Positions 25,281 through 34,564 of a DNA stretch of 57,387 bases are shown here, one piece after another. Each line of letters starts with the position of its first letter. The first letter of the stretch is position 1. Source of the stretch: an uncultured Acidimicrobiaceae bacterium (GTDB taxonomy: Bacteria; Actinomycetota; Acidimicrobiia; Spongiisociales; UBA5794); the NCBI GenBank assembly GCA_964505525.1, contig CAZDIQ010000002.1, positions 1 through 57,387 on the forward strand, in the 5' to 3' direction. The translations under genes were made by a program, and so were the position numbers. Under the pieces are notes generated by a model. It saw only the letters and a program-made list of their open reading frames with translations, was not told the DNA's origin and ran no database searches.

Positions 25281-26963
25281 ATGAATCGATTCCGCATGCG
25301 ACAGGCGAGGATCGTCGTTCTCGTACTCGTACTGATGCTGGTGGCTGCCGCGTGCAGCAGCAGTTCAGACGACACAACGACAACCACCGCCGACGGCGCG
25401 ACTACGACGACTACATCCGGTGGCGGAGGTGGGGAGACCACGACGACCGTTGATCCAGGTGAAGCCAAACAAGGTGGCACCATCGTGATCGGTGTTCAGG
25501 CCGAGACAGAATGTCTTGATGTGCCGAACTGCAACATCCACGTGGACGCGCGGGCTCAGACAAACCTTGCCTACGGGCAGCTCATGTCGGCCAACAGCGA
25601 AGGAGACTATGTCCCCTACATGCTGGAGTCCGCCGTCCCCAATGACGACGCCACGGTTTGGACGCTGAAGATCCGTGAGGGCATCACCTTCCATGACGGC
25701 ACACCGTTGAACGCCGAGTCGCTCAAGATCAACTTTGATCGTGCAGCGCTGTTCAGCTTGAACTCCGCGTCGTTCGACTACTACGAATCGACCGAGATCC
25801 TGGATGATCTGACGGTCGAGGTGCTTCTCAACAAGCCATACGCTGTGTTCCCGCAGGCACTTGCCGATGGGTTTGGTGCGATCGCCTCGCCAGCTGCGCT
25901 GGAGGCTCAAGGTGACGCCTACGCAAGCAGTCAGGACAACCCACCCGTTGGCACGGGTCCGTACAAGCTTGTCGAGTGGGTACGTGACAGCCACCAGATC
26001 TGGGAGAAGTTCGAGGACTATCAGTTCGACAATCGGGCATTTGCCGACAGGATCGAGTTCCGGATTCTTCCCGACGACGCGGCACGTGCAGCGGCACTCC
26101 GCGCCGGAGACATCGACATCGCAGTGACACTGAGTCCATCAACGATCGTCTCGTTCAGGGATGACCCGAATTACACCGTCAATGAGCTCGACTACGGGGC
26201 GACAGGAATCCTGTTCCAGCTCGAGGAGATCCCGGACATCCGGATCCGTCAGGCGGTAGCAATGGCGATCGACAAGGAGACGATGATCGGACTGGTTTGG
26301 GAAGGAGTCGGGGAAGCGATCGAGACGCCATTCCGGGAGGACAACTTCTGGTACGCCGACGTTGACTATCCGCCATTTGACCCTGCAGGTGCCGCAGCGC
26401 TCGTGGCTGAAGTCGAGGCCGAAACCGGCCAGCCGGTGGTCGTGACCTTGACGCCTCGGATCGACGAGACGAGCATCAACTTCGGCACCGTCGTCGTTGA
26501 ACAGCTCAGGGCTGTTGGTATGGATGCGTCCCTTGACATATCGGTCGACACGAACGACTTTGTGAATCGGTACATCGAGGGTCAGTACGAAATGATGGGT
26601 ACCGGTGTGTTCACGGTTCTCGATCCATGGTTCGAGTACACGAGAAGGTACGAGTCGACCAGTGTGCTCAACGGAACCGGCCTCGGGACCGTGTATCCCG
26701 AGGTCCAAGCTGAGATCGACGAGATGCTTGCCATCGGCGCTGGTTCGGCGGATCCGAATGTACGCAAGGAAGCATACGACCGTGTCCAGGAGCTGCTCGC
26801 TGAGTATGTCATTCAGCTGTTCATCCGCTCGGATGTCTACGGTGTGATTGTCTCGAACGACGTGCTCGGATTTCGAACATTGAAGAATCCAGACGGTTCG
26901 AACGGACTGGGTAACTTCTTCACGGCAATTCTGGCCGACGAACTCTGGCTGGACCAGGGCTAG
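25281..26963 (+). CDS. ABC transporter substrate-binding lipoprotein, family 5 (Opp/Dpp-type; peptide or oligosaccharide binding)
   Basis: Lipobox (LVAAAC) followed by a Ser/Thr/Gly linker. The family-5 SBP core carries GGTIVIGV, ITFHDGTPLNAE and GTGPYKLVEW. Confidence 0.88.
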   Translation: MNRFRMRQARIVVLVLVLMLVAAACSSSSDDTTTTTADGATTTTTSGGGGGETTTTVDPGEAKQGGTIVIGVQAETECLDVPNCNIHVDARAQTNLAYGQLMSANSEGDYVPYMLESAVPNDDATVWTLKIREGITFHDGTPLNAESLKINFDRAALFSLNSASFDYYESTEILDDLTVEVLLNKPYAVFPQALADGFGAIASPAALEAQGDAYASSQDNPPVGTGPYKLVEWVRDSHQIWEKFEDYQFDNRAFADRIEFRILPDDAARAAALRAGDIDIAVTLSPSTIVSFRDDPNYTVNELDYGATGILFQLEEIPDIRIRQAVAMAIDKETMIGLVWEGVGEAIETPFREDNFWYADVDYPPFDPAGAAALVAEVEAETGQPVVVTLTPRIDETSINFGTVVVEQLRAVGMDASLDISVDTNDFVNRYIEGQYEMMGTGVFTVLDPWFEYTRRYESTSVLNGTGLGTVYPEVQAEIDEMLAIGAGSADPNVRKEAYDRVQELLAEYVIQLFIRSDVYGVIVSNDVLGFRTLKNPDGSNGLGNFFTAILADELWLDQG

Positions 26964-26992
26964 ACAAAGTACCCCATGGTCAGATGGACATG

Positions 26993-27027
26993 TTGGACCC
27001 GCAGAGCTCCGCGTTCTGCGGGTCCAA
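26993..27027 (+). terminator. Terminator-like hairpin after the SBP gene
   Basis: TTGGACCCGCAGA-N9-TCTGCGGGTCCAA forms a perfect 13-bp stem 30 nt after the stop. There is no obvious U-tract. Confidence 0.5.
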
Positions 27028-27117
27028 CCTTGTCGGGCGCTTGTTGGTCAGATTTCGGGTGGTCGTGATGTGTCCCGCCGTGATTCACCATGATTCTGTG
27101 ATGGAGGGGAGGCAACT

Positions 27118-29466
27118 GTGAAGTTTCAGCTTGCGGATGGGTTCCTCAGATTCGATGACGGTTACCTCGTCGTGCGATTCGGCGAGACGAGCGGGTCGAT
27201 CGAGTTCGTGGAGAACCTCGTTACTGGCCAGATTCTTGTTGATGCGCCGACGCCGGTCCCCTGGCGGATGCGTTCGCAGGGTTCGGGGCACCGTTGGTTT
27301 ACGCCCCGGGCAACATTCACAACACCGAACGATCCGACACCGGCTTCCTTTCAGTACAGCGTGGCTCCCGACGGGGAGTCAGCAAACTTGACGTGGATCA
27401 CCAGCGAGCCGGGTGTTCGGCTCGAGGTTCGTGCCTGTGCAGCGAGTGGGGGTGGCATCGAGTTGTGGCCCAGGGTTGTCGTCGAAGTGGGTGCCAGACC
27501 TCCGGAGGCTCTCACCTATCCGATCCTCGAGGCGCCGAAGGTCTTGTCTCAGGACGGAACATGCGACCGTCTCGTCTTCCCCGGACATTCGGGGTGGTTG
27601 ATTTCATCTCCTCAAGCTGTCGAGGCTCTTGAGGCCAGGTATCCGGATGGCTATGCCGGGGCATCTCTCCAGTTCATGGCGTACTTCACCGACGCGATCG
27701 GGGGCTTCTATGTTGCGACTCACGACCCGTACTCGACTGCCAAGCATTTTCGATTCTCGGCAGACGAGGCAAGCGTCGATCATGAAGCCTTCGACATCCG
27801 ACGCGGTGCAGACCTCGACCTTGACTACCCGGTTGTATTGGCCCCGCTGTCGAGGGGAGATTGGTATGAAGCCGCGGACCGCTACCGGGATTGGGTCCTT
27901 GTCAATGCGCCATGGGTGACGGGACACCAGGGAAACGCGACCGACCCGTCCCGGGACGGTGCGCGCTGGCTCTTCGACGAAGTCGGGTTCTCGATTTGGT
28001 GTACGCCAGCGCGACCGGATTGGAGCCAGTTCTACCAGCACTATGCGGAAGTCGCAGGTACACCGCTGCACATCGTGCCTGCATGGGATTGGCCAGCGAC
28101 ACTTCCACCGTCGCGCGGTGACGTTGGAGTCTTTCCTGCAACGTTTCATCCGGCGAACGTCCAAGCATGGGAGGGACATCGCGTGACGCCGTATCTCAAT
28201 GACCTCTTCGTCTCTGCGCGCGCACCCGAGTTCGAGAAGCGATGGGAACCGAATCTTCTGTTCCCGTATGTGGCGTTCAATTGGGTTCCGTTCGCAGAAC
28301 CGACGACCGGTTGGGTCGACGGTGAACACCCTGGTCCTGATCCCATTACGACGACGAATCAGGACTTCTTCCTGTGTCCGACGACTGAGGTACAGAAGGA
28401 ACTTCACGCATGGCGTGATAGCGTCTTGGTGAGTGAGTACGGGATGGACGGCGTCTTCTACGACATCTCGTCGGGCAACACGTGGCCCTGGTCGCGGTGC
28501 TTGCGGGCCGACCATGGCCATCCTCCTGGCCGAGGGAGAGAGATCGTACAGGCGTACGAGACGCTCAACGCGCTGTCGAAGCAAGCCGTTCTCGCCTCTA
28601 CCGGCCGGTACCTTGTCCAAGGTACGGAGGTGATACAGGAGCCGGTCATGGGTTCGGTGGATTTCTATGTGTCGCGAGCGTGCGCCGGTCCCATGGGTTC
28701 TCTTGAAACCGAGGTATTCGGCCCGGAAACCCAACCGGGTGGGGGCCGAGAGCTCATTCCTCTGTTCCAGGCTGTGTATCACGATGTCGGACCTGTACAC
28801 GAAGACGGCTGGATCACACTTTCGGAGGAGTCGGGCGATCTCTTCTATTTCATAGCGGCTCGAATCGCGCTCGTGTGGGGAGGGATCCTGTCGCTGCAGT
28901 ACTCAACGGAACCACCCGAGGCCTTCTCCGGCATGGACCTCGGCACTCCCACCGAAACGATCCTGTGGGATGCGGCGCGGGTCACATGGGACACGTTTCC
29001 CGTGTCCTCCCCCGGAAAGGAAGCCTTCGTAAAGGAGCTTGCAATCGCAAGAACCACCTTCGGTCAACCGTATCTTGCATATGGGAAGATGCTGCAACCT
29101 CCAACCGTGGAGTCGGCAGCGATCGAGTTGGACTTCCATCAGACGTTCTATGGCTGGGGTTCCGAGGGATGGAGCAACGATGGATCCTGGATGGTCCCCA
29201 GTGTCATGACCTCGGCGTGGCGAGGCCCGGCAGGTGAGATCGGGATCGTGTTACTCAACCTTGCCGCGCAGGGTCCGGTTCAGGTCGCTCTTCGGACGGA
29301 TCTCGGCCAGATGTGGTCTCTCGAGAGAGCTGGGTGCGCCGTCGAAGTAATGAAGAGCGAAGGATCGGAGTCACGCGGAGCCGTTTCTCCAGAGAACCGT
29401 CTCGAGGTCGATGTCGCACTGGAGCCACGCAAGGTGACCATCGTTACGATCGCTCCGCCTGCGTGA
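27118..29466 (+). CDS. Large uncharacterised cytoplasmic protein, paralog family copy 2 of 4 (782 aa)
   Basis: GTG start with RBS GGAGGGGAGG. It carries the same conserved blocks as copy 1: YPDGYAGAS, GGFYVATHDP, FFLCPTTE...HAWRD, DGVFYDISSGN, RCLRADHGHPPGRG, QGTEVI and VDFYVSRACAGP. Confidence 0.85.
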   Translation: MKFQLADGFLRFDDGYLVVRFGETSGSIEFVENLVTGQILVDAPTPVPWRMRSQGSGHRWFTPRATFTTPNDPTPASFQYSVAPDGESANLTWITSEPGVRLEVRACAASGGGIELWPRVVVEVGARPPEALTYPILEAPKVLSQDGTCDRLVFPGHSGWLISSPQAVEALEARYPDGYAGASLQFMAYFTDAIGGFYVATHDPYSTAKHFRFSADEASVDHEAFDIRRGADLDLDYPVVLAPLSRGDWYEAADRYRDWVLVNAPWVTGHQGNATDPSRDGARWLFDEVGFSIWCTPARPDWSQFYQHYAEVAGTPLHIVPAWDWPATLPPSRGDVGVFPATFHPANVQAWEGHRVTPYLNDLFVSARAPEFEKRWEPNLLFPYVAFNWVPFAEPTTGWVDGEHPGPDPITTTNQDFFLCPTTEVQKELHAWRDSVLVSEYGMDGVFYDISSGNTWPWSRCLRADHGHPPGRGREIVQAYETLNALSKQAVLASTGRYLVQGTEVIQEPVMGSVDFYVSRACAGPMGSLETEVFGPETQPGGGRELIPLFQAVYHDVGPVHEDGWITLSEESGDLFYFIAARIALVWGGILSLQYSTEPPEAFSGMDLGTPTETILWDAARVTWDTFPVSSPGKEAFVKELAIARTTFGQPYLAYGKMLQPPTVESAAIELDFHQTFYGWGSEGWSNDGSWMVPSVMTSAWRGPAGEIGIVLLNLAAQGPVQVALRTDLGQMWSLERAGCAVEVMKSEGSESRGAVSPENRLEVDVALEPRKVTIVTIAPPA

Positions 29467-30496
29467 AGCGTGAGGCAGCCGCCGTTGTCGGTGTCGCTAG
29501 TGGCACTTCGGTGTGAATCGGGTGGTGACACGCGACGAAGTGATCAGGACCGATGCGGTGCATTGGTGGTTCCTCCGTCATGCACACCTCGGTCGCGGCC
29601 GGACATCGGGTGCGGAACCTGCATCCGCTCGGAGGATCGATCGGTGACGGGACTTCGCCACTGAGTGGATTTGGCATCGCCTCGTGGGCACCCAACCTTG
29701 GTACCGAGTCGAGCAATGCCTTGGTGTAGTGATGACTCGGGTGGCTGTATACGGAGTCGGAATCCCCGATTTCACAGAGCTTGCCAAGATACATGACGGC
29801 CAGCCTGTCGCTCACATTCTTGATCACGGCAAGGTCGTGGGCGATGAATAGCATGGTCAGACCGTATCGTTCCTTCATCGATGCCAAGAGATTGAGAATC
29901 TGACCCTGTACGGACACGTCAAGGGATGCGACCGGTTCGTCACAGACCAGGAGCGTCGGCTCCAGAATCAATGCTCGTGCTATGGCGATGCGCTGTGCTT
30001 GACCACCTGAGAATGCCCTGGGTTTCTTGTCTCCCATCAGATCTGCATCGAGACCGACTGCCTCAAGCATGGTTGCAACCAAGTCCTCAGGTGCGTCCTG
30101 AAAACGCTGCGGCCAGATCGCCAGCGGCTCAGCTACGACATCTCGGATCCGTCGCCGGGGGTTCAAGGACGCCAAAGGGTCTTGAAAAATCATCTGGAAG
30201 TCGGGTCGGAGCTGTCTCAGTCCTTCCCGCTTCATCGAGGCGAGGTCGCTACCTTCGAGAAGGATGCTCCCCGACTTCGGTCGGACCAGCTGCATGATTG
30301 CATGCCCTGTAGTTGATTTTCCACAGCCAGACTCCCCAACAAGACCGAGCGTCTCACCACGAGCGAGATCAAAACTGACACCGGAAACGGCGTGCACGGT
30401 TTCCCCGGCGTCTGCGGGGAATTCCACGACAAGGTCCCGCACCTCGAGGAGGACGTCGACATCGGGTCGGAGGTGTTCGGGTCGGTCAGGTTGCAT
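29444..30496 (-). CDS. Opp/Dpp-type ABC transporter ATP-binding protein (OppF/DppF-like)
   Basis: Walker A GESGCGKST, signature FSGGQAQR and Walker B LLVCDEPV, plus the C-terminal oligopeptide-type extension. The start is set at ATG 30496 (MQPDRPE...), overlapping the upstream ATPase gene by 11 nt. The ORF is open to 30628. Confidence 0.85.
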   Translation of the reverse strand: MQPDRPEHLRPDVDVLLEVRDLVVEFPADAGETVHAVSGVSFDLARGETLGLVGESGCGKSTTGHAIMQLVRPKSGSILLEGSDLASMKREGLRQLRPDFQMIFQDPLASLNPRRRIRDVVAEPLAIWPQRFQDAPEDLVATMLEAVGLDADLMGDKKPRAFSGGQAQRIAIARALILEPTLLVCDEPVASLDVSVQGQILNLLASMKERYGLTMLFIAHDLAVIKNVSDRLAVMYLGKLCEIGDSDSVYSHPSHHYTKALLDSVPRLGAHEAMPNPLSGEVPSPIDPPSGCRFRTRCPAATEVCMTEEPPMHRIGPDHFVACHHPIHTEVPLATPTTAAASRFTQAERS

Positions 30497-31463
30497 CGTA
30501 TTCCACCGGATGCCAACACGCGTAGACGTGTTCGTTCGAACCCACGAGGGGAGGACGTTCCGTGTCGCACCGATCAGCTGCGCGCGTACACCGCGGGAAA
30601 AATGGACACGATGGCGTGACATTGACAAGGTCTGGTGGTCTGCCCGGAATCACTGGCAGCTTGTGGTGGCGTTGGTGATCGAGCTGCGGAATCGAGGTGA
30701 TGAGCGCTTCGGTGTATGGCATCCGGGGGCGTGAGAGCACGACCTCGGCGCCACTTCTCTCGACGATGCGCCCGGCATACATCACAGCGATCTCGTCAGC
30801 CATGGCCGACACGACGGCGAGATCATGGCTGACGAAGATCATCGCCATTTGGCGATCTGCCTGCAAAGACCGCAAGAGAGCGAGTATCTGTGCCTGGATC
30901 GTGACATCGAGTGCGGTCGTCGGTTCGTCGGCGATGAGCAGACTCGGTTCGCCCGCAAGTGCCATCGCGATGACCACTCGCTGGCGCATTCCTCCCGATA
31001 GTTGGTGCGGGTATTGTTTGAGACGCCGAGCAGGGGACGGAATGCCAACCGAGGCCAGAAGCTCCACGGCTTTGGCATCGGCGGCCGAACGTGACATACC
31101 CAGTCGCCTAGTGAGAATCTCTGTGACCTGCCGTCCGATCCTGACCACTGGGTTCAAAGAAGACAGCGGGTTCTGGGGGACGATGGCAATGCTCGTCCCC
31201 CATCGTTCGCGCAATGCATCCTTGGACAGTGACCGGAGGTCGACCCCGTCAAGCCAGACCTCGCCGGAGGAGCGGGCAACGTGGCTTCCCGTCTGGATAC
31301 CCATGATCGAGCGCGTGAGGACGCTCTTGCCCGATCCGGATTCGCCGACCAGACCGAGGGTCTTGCCACGCTCGAGTTCGAACGAGACATCATTCACTGC
31401 CTTGAGGACGCCACGACCGGTGTGGAACCATGTCGTGAGATCGTCGACGCGCAGCAACGTCAT
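30486..31463 (-). CDS. Opp/Dpp-type ABC transporter ATP-binding protein (OppD/DppD-like)
   Basis: Walker A GESGSGKS, signature LSGGMRQR and Walker B LLIADEPTTALD. ATGA overlap with the upstream permease gene. Confidence 0.88.
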   Translation of the reverse strand: MTLLRVDDLTTWFHTGRGVLKAVNDVSFELERGKTLGLVGESGSGKSVLTRSIMGIQTGSHVARSSGEVWLDGVDLRSLSKDALRERWGTSIAIVPQNPLSSLNPVVRIGRQVTEILTRRLGMSRSAADAKAVELLASVGIPSPARRLKQYPHQLSGGMRQRVVIAMALAGEPSLLIADEPTTALDVTIQAQILALLRSLQADRQMAMIFVSHDLAVVSAMADEIAVMYAGRIVERSGAEVVLSRPRMPYTEALITSIPQLDHQRHHKLPVIPGRPPDLVNVTPSCPFFPRCTRAADRCDTERPPLVGSNEHVYACWHPVEYDAT

Positions 31464-32362
31464 GCTTGGATTCCGCCTCTGAGGTCATCGCTGTGCCGGA
31501 GCTTGTCGCCAATGGTGTTGAGCGCAAGAACCGTGAGGAAGAGAATGGCAGCGGGGAAGAGGCTGATGTGCGGGTGTGCTTCCAGCTGTGCTCGCCCGTG
31601 GGAGATCATGCCTCCCCATGTCGGGATATCGGGAGGCACTCCGAGCCCCAGGAAGCTGAGCGAGGCCTCGATGACGATCGCCACGGCCACGATGACGAAG
31701 GCGTATGCGACCATCGTCGGCAGGATGTTGGGGCTTACCTCGCGCAGTATCACCCTGGAATGCCGAGCGCCGAGAGTTCGAGCAGCGTGGACGAACTCCC
31801 GTTCGGAGTAAGCAAGCGTCTCCGCCCGTGCGATCCTGGCGAACGCAGGGAGGGCAAGAATCGCAATGGCCACGACGACGTTCCCGGTGCCTGCGCCGAG
31901 CACGGCGGCGAGCGCAATCGCCAGCACGAGGGCGGGGAATGACAAGAGGATATCCATAGCACCCATTGAGAGCGTTTCGGACATGCCGCGGAAATAGCCA
32001 GCCAGAAGGCCAAGGACCATGCCGACGAAACCGGACAAGAATGTCGCAAGCAGCCCGACAACCAGCGATGTGCGTGCACCGTAGATCATCCGCGACAGCA
32101 TGTCGCGACCAAGGCTGTCGGCGCCAAGCCAATGCGCAGCGGTAGGCCCCTGCCTCCCTGCACCACCGTCGAGAGTGTTTGGGGGTATCAGGGGTAGGAG
32201 GTCGGCGAACACTGCAACGAAAACAATGAGGCCGAACCAAACGACGGCAATCGTGAGAGGAATATCCCTCCGCCGCCGCCGATGCGCACCGTCGTCGATT
32301 TCCTCGATTGCGACAATGGTGTCGGATACGGTTGCCGTCTGTTCGATGTCAGGACTTGCCAT
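31460..32362 (-). CDS. Opp/Dpp-type ABC transporter permease (DppC/OppC-like)
   Basis: Multi-pass protein with the binding-protein-dependent transport signature region (SEREFVHAARTLGARHSRVILREVSPN). The start is uncertain: ATG 32362 chosen, ORF open to 32401. Confidence 0.8.
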   Translation of the reverse strand: MASPDIEQTATVSDTIVAIEEIDDGAHRRRRRDIPLTIAVVWFGLIVFVAVFADLLPLIPPNTLDGGAGRQGPTAAHWLGADSLGRDMLSRMIYGARTSLVVGLLATFLSGFVGMVLGLLAGYFRGMSETLSMGAMDILLSFPALVLAIALAAVLGAGTGNVVVAIAILALPAFARIARAETLAYSEREFVHAARTLGARHSRVILREVSPNILPTMVAYAFVIVAVAIVIEASLSFLGLGVPPDIPTWGGMISHGRAQLEAHPHISLFPAAILFLTVLALNTIGDKLRHSDDLRGGIQA

Positions 32363-33380
32363 ACCGGATCCTCGGATCAGCCACCAGATATGCGATGTCA
32401 ACGATGTAGTTGATGATGACGTATGTCACTGCAATCAACCCGACCAATGCCTGGACGGTGATGATGTCGCGCGTGTTGATCGAGTCCACCACGAGGCGGC
32501 CGATTCCGGGGAGACCAAAGATTGTTTCGATGATCACGGAACCTCCGATGAGAGCACCGGTACTGAGGCCGACCAACGTGAGCAGTGGCAGCGAAGCCGG
32601 TCGCAGCGCATGTCGCATCACGATCACCCTCGTGCTGAGTCCTTTGGCGCGGGCCATCATGATGTAGTCCTCATTGAGCGATGCCACCATCCCGGCGCGA
32701 AGGACCCTCGTGTAGATGCCCGCTTCTGCCGCCGCGAGTGCCAAGGCAGGAAGGGCAATGGACTTGAGATTCGGGATGATTCCGTCACTGAGGGGTCGGT
32801 ACCCGGTTGACGGGAGGACTCCGAATCGGACGGCAAAGATCTGGATCAGAACGATGGCGCCGATGAATGTCGGTATGGACACGAGAGCGAACGAAACGGT
32901 GTTCACGCTTCGGTCAAACGACTTCCCGCTATTGAGCGCTGCAATCGGCGCGAAAATCAAAGCGAAACTGAGCGCGAGGAACTGCGATAGCAACATCACC
33001 TGGATCGTGACCGGTATTCGCGGGACGATGAGATCCGTCACCGGCTGCCTGATTCGATACGAGGTCCCGAGATCCCCTTGAAGGGCATTTCCGGCCCATC
33101 TGCCATAGCGTACGAGTACGTTCTGATCGAGACCCAGATCGGCGCGGATCTGGTCAATGAGTTCCTGTGAGAGGTTGAATGTGTCGCCGCCAGCGATGGC
33201 CACCGCAGGGTCCCCTGGTAGGAGATCCAGCATGAGGGCTGTCAAGAAGGTGACGAGAACGAGGGTGATGGCAAGCCGAACGGTCCTGCGGAATATCGGT
33301 CCGCCGCGATAGCGCAACGGACGTCGCTTGGGTGCCGGAGCCGCCGAGGGGTCGACTTCCGCTTTGGTGTCGGCCACCAT
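32349..33380 (-). CDS. Opp/Dpp-type ABC transporter permease (DppB/OppB-like)
   Basis: N-terminal FRRTVRLAITLVLVTFLTALMLDLLPGDP and the EAA-like region (NEDYIMMARAKGLSTRVIVMRHALR). RBS AGGAG. Confidence 0.85.
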   Translation of the reverse strand: MVADTKAEVDPSAAPAPKRRPLRYRGGPIFRRTVRLAITLVLVTFLTALMLDLLPGDPAVAIAGGDTFNLSQELIDQIRADLGLDQNVLVRYGRWAGNALQGDLGTSYRIRQPVTDLIVPRIPVTIQVMLLSQFLALSFALIFAPIAALNSGKSFDRSVNTVSFALVSIPTFIGAIVLIQIFAVRFGVLPSTGYRPLSDGIIPNLKSIALPALALAAAEAGIYTRVLRAGMVASLNEDYIMMARAKGLSTRVIVMRHALRPASLPLLTLVGLSTGALIGGSVIIETIFGLPGIGRLVVDSINTRDIITVQALVGLIAVTYVIINYIVDIAYLVADPRIRYGKS

Positions 33381-33547
33381 GTCGGTTTTCTCCTATCCGT
33401 GCACTCATGACGCTATGGCGCAAGACTACCGACCTCGTGCGAATTCCACAACAGGTCTGGAGAGCAGGCGTGACCTCGGTGGTTTCGTGGGTGAGCGGCA
33501 GTGTTTCGCCTACCATACGCCGCGGTCGAGAGGTTCATGTGAGCAGA

Positions 33548-34321
33548 ATGAGAACGATCCTGATTACGGGCGCTGCCGGACAGATCGGGACGGTCCTCTC
33601 CGAGAACCTGGAGATCGACGGTTGGTCCCTGCGGCTGCTCGACCGGGTGCCTACACCAAGCACGAAGTGGCCCGACTCCGTCGCATGTGATCTCAACGAT
33701 GCAGCCGCTATCCGCAGCGCGATGGAGGGCGTCGATTGCGTGATCCACCTCGCAGGTATCCCTCAGGAAGCTCCGTTTGATGAGCTCCTCGAGGACAACA
33801 TCCGTGGGACCTACAACGTCTTTGAGGCTGCGCGCTCTTCCGGCGTGAAGCGGGTTGTATTCGCGAGTACCAATCACGTCGTGGGTTTCCATCCCACAGC
33901 GATTGCACTCGACGAGCATGTCGAATCCCGACCCGACACACTCTACGGTGCGAGCAAGGTGTTCGGTGAGGCGCTAGGTCGACTCTTCCACGACAAGTAC
34001 GGGTTGGAGGTGTTATCCATCCGCATCGGGAGCTTCCGTCAGCGGCCGACGTCTCTCAGGGAGTTGAGCACATGGCTCAGCCCAGGTGATGCAGTGCGGC
34101 TCTTCGAGGCGTGTGTCACGGCTCACGATGTCGGATATCGGGTGGTCTACGGAGTGTCAGCGAACACACGTGTCAAGTGGACGGACCGTACTGCGCGGCT
34201 GATTGGGTACGTCCCAATCAATGACGCCGAAACGTTCGCCTCCGAAATCGACCAACACGCACCAAGCGATGAGTTTCACGGAGGTGCGTACACCGAACCC
34301 GATCACACTGGGGGCTTCTAG
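33548..34321 (+). CDS. NAD-dependent epimerase/dehydratase-family enzyme, uronate dehydrogenase (Udh)-like
   Basis: Rossmann motif ILITGAAGQIG and catalytic YGASK. The overall pattern (CDLNDAAAI...HLAGIP...FASTNHVVGF...IRIGS...STWLS) closely follows Agrobacterium/Pseudomonas Udh as I recall it. GTG 33539 is an alternative start. Confidence 0.7.
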   Translation: MRTILITGAAGQIGTVLSENLEIDGWSLRLLDRVPTPSTKWPDSVACDLNDAAAIRSAMEGVDCVIHLAGIPQEAPFDELLEDNIRGTYNVFEAARSSGVKRVVFASTNHVVGFHPTAIALDEHVESRPDTLYGASKVFGEALGRLFHDKYGLEVLSIRIGSFRQRPTSLRELSTWLSPGDAVRLFEACVTAHDVGYRVVYGVSANTRVKWTDRTARLIGYVPINDAETFASEIDQHAPSDEFHGGAYTEPDHTGGF

Positions 34322-34351
34322 GCGGCCCGCTTCAATGGCGCGAACGCGCTG

Positions 34352-34564
34352 TCAGGATGACTCTGATCGTTCGGAGATGGCGAGGGCTCCCGATGGGCAG
34401 ATCCGCACAGCCTCGAGAATCGCCCCCCAGTTGTCGAGGTCTGCGTCCTGTCGCAAGACGACCCTCGCATCGATATCGTTCTGATCGAAGATGCCCGGTG
34501 CCGCAACGACACACATGCCGGCTCCAACACAGGTCTCCAAGTCGATCTCCAATGCGGGTGCCAT
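34352..34564 (-). CDS. Small ferredoxin (3Fe-4S/4Fe-4S type), P450 redox partner
   Basis: 70 aa carrying CVGAGMCV...CPSGAL, placed immediately downstream of the P450 (TAAATG junction). Confidence 0.8.
   Translation of the reverse strand: MAPALEIDLETCVGAGMCVVAAPGIFDQNDIDARVVLRQDADLDNWGAILEAVRICPSGALAISERSESS

Noticed and set aside
27040-27117. Operator-like sequence TTCTGTGATGG just upstream of paralog copy 2
   Set aside because: It matches only the first half of the TTCT-N5-CGAAA motif and overlaps the ribosome-binding site, so it is not convincing as a full site.
33332-33547. 72-codon N-terminal extension of the Udh-like ORF. Analogous extensions occur at 35795..35968 (P450), 35874..35966 (ADP-ribosylglycohydrolase), 17281..17373, 49000..49044, 51234..51347, 52186..52227 and 57197..57295
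   Set aside because: The extensions precede the conserved N-termini of the respective families (for example the Rossmann GAAGQIG right after MRTILIT). They would span divergent promoter regions or overlap neighbouring genes, and better RBS-preceded internal starts exist.
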